DNA of 63,890 nt, filler included, from Octopus bimaculoides (lineage: Eukaryota): NCBI RefSeq assembly GCF_001194135.2. It is 4 parts of 4 records of this genome, joined end to end, with 100 filler letters (N's around TTAATTAATTAA, not from the genome) between each part and the next. Parts side by side here need not be neighbours in the genome. Positions count along the whole stretch, not along the records: positions 62,882 to 63,890 come from NC_068981.1; 3 more parts are not named here. One strand, written 5' to 3'. Below the pieces are notes generated by a model. That model did no database searches. It was not told the DNA's origin and was given only the letters and a program-made list of their open reading frames with translations. Positions within the stretch are counted from its first letter, which is position 1; each line of letters starts with the position of its first letter. The position numbers and the translations under genes were made by a program. This document shows, piece by piece, positions 63,414-63,890 of this stretch.

Positions 63414-63619
63414 GGCATGACCACTAAGGTGGATTCCCAATATGCTAAAGATAGATGTAAAATCGCCGTACCACGAAGAGTGTGTTCTCAAGAATTTCCA
63501 TTTGTCTTGCTCATTTTTACATTCTGATGTTTTTGCTGAGATTTTTCTTGAGAATACACTCTTCGTGGTAAGGCAATTTGAGGTCCATCTTTAGCATATT
63601 AGGAACCCATGGTCATTCC
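63414..63619. repeat. Foldback or MITE-like inverted repeat
   Basis: Arms 63439-63494 and 63545-63600 match at 49/56 positions as reverse complements. Outer GGCATGACCA/TGGTCATTCC. Confidence 0.75.
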
Positions 63620-63674
63620 TATTAATTGTAGTGTGTGTGTGTGTGCGTGTGTGTGCGTGTGTGTGCGTGTGCGT

Positions 63675-63732
<58 letters not shown>

Positions 63733-63890
63733 TTAAAAATTTAAGGAATGGAGAAAACGCATGTTATAATTGCATACTTTATTCCTACATATGTTTCAAA
63801 GGATTACAACCTGTGTGATCCATAGGGATCTTTGATATTAAAATTGTAACCTTCTCTTCAGGGAATGCATGGGAATCATCTTAAACGTAA

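Overview
Eukaryotic, AT-rich, microsatellite- and gap-rich genomic DNA. The SINE, LINE and MITE repertoire is consistent with an Octopus assembly (inference). The only securely identifiable host-gene segment is one 182-nt minus-strand exon (27221-27402) of a type-II ferlin (otoferlin-like), encoding part of the last C2 domain. The exons that should follow it are not visible and may lie in N gaps. Most of the remainder is transposon debris: at least four tRNA-derived SINE families, RTE, CR1/Crack-like, L1/Tx1, HERO and R4/Dong-like LINE fragments, Penelope-like element (PLE) remnants, Merlin, hAT-like and Tigger-like transposase relics, and several MITEs with clear TIRs or TSDs. The most notable signal is a dispersed set of minimal type-I hammerhead ribozyme motifs from at least three PLE-like families. 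One has an intact core (33171-33206, minus), one lies just downstream of a PLE ORF C-terminus (35718-35775), and two face each other in a ~345-bp foldback (30845-31188). Almost all ORFs in the supplied track are microsatellite or N-gap artefacts. No CRISPR array, rRNA or bona fide tRNA gene is seen. Coordinates of repeats without exact TSDs are approximate.
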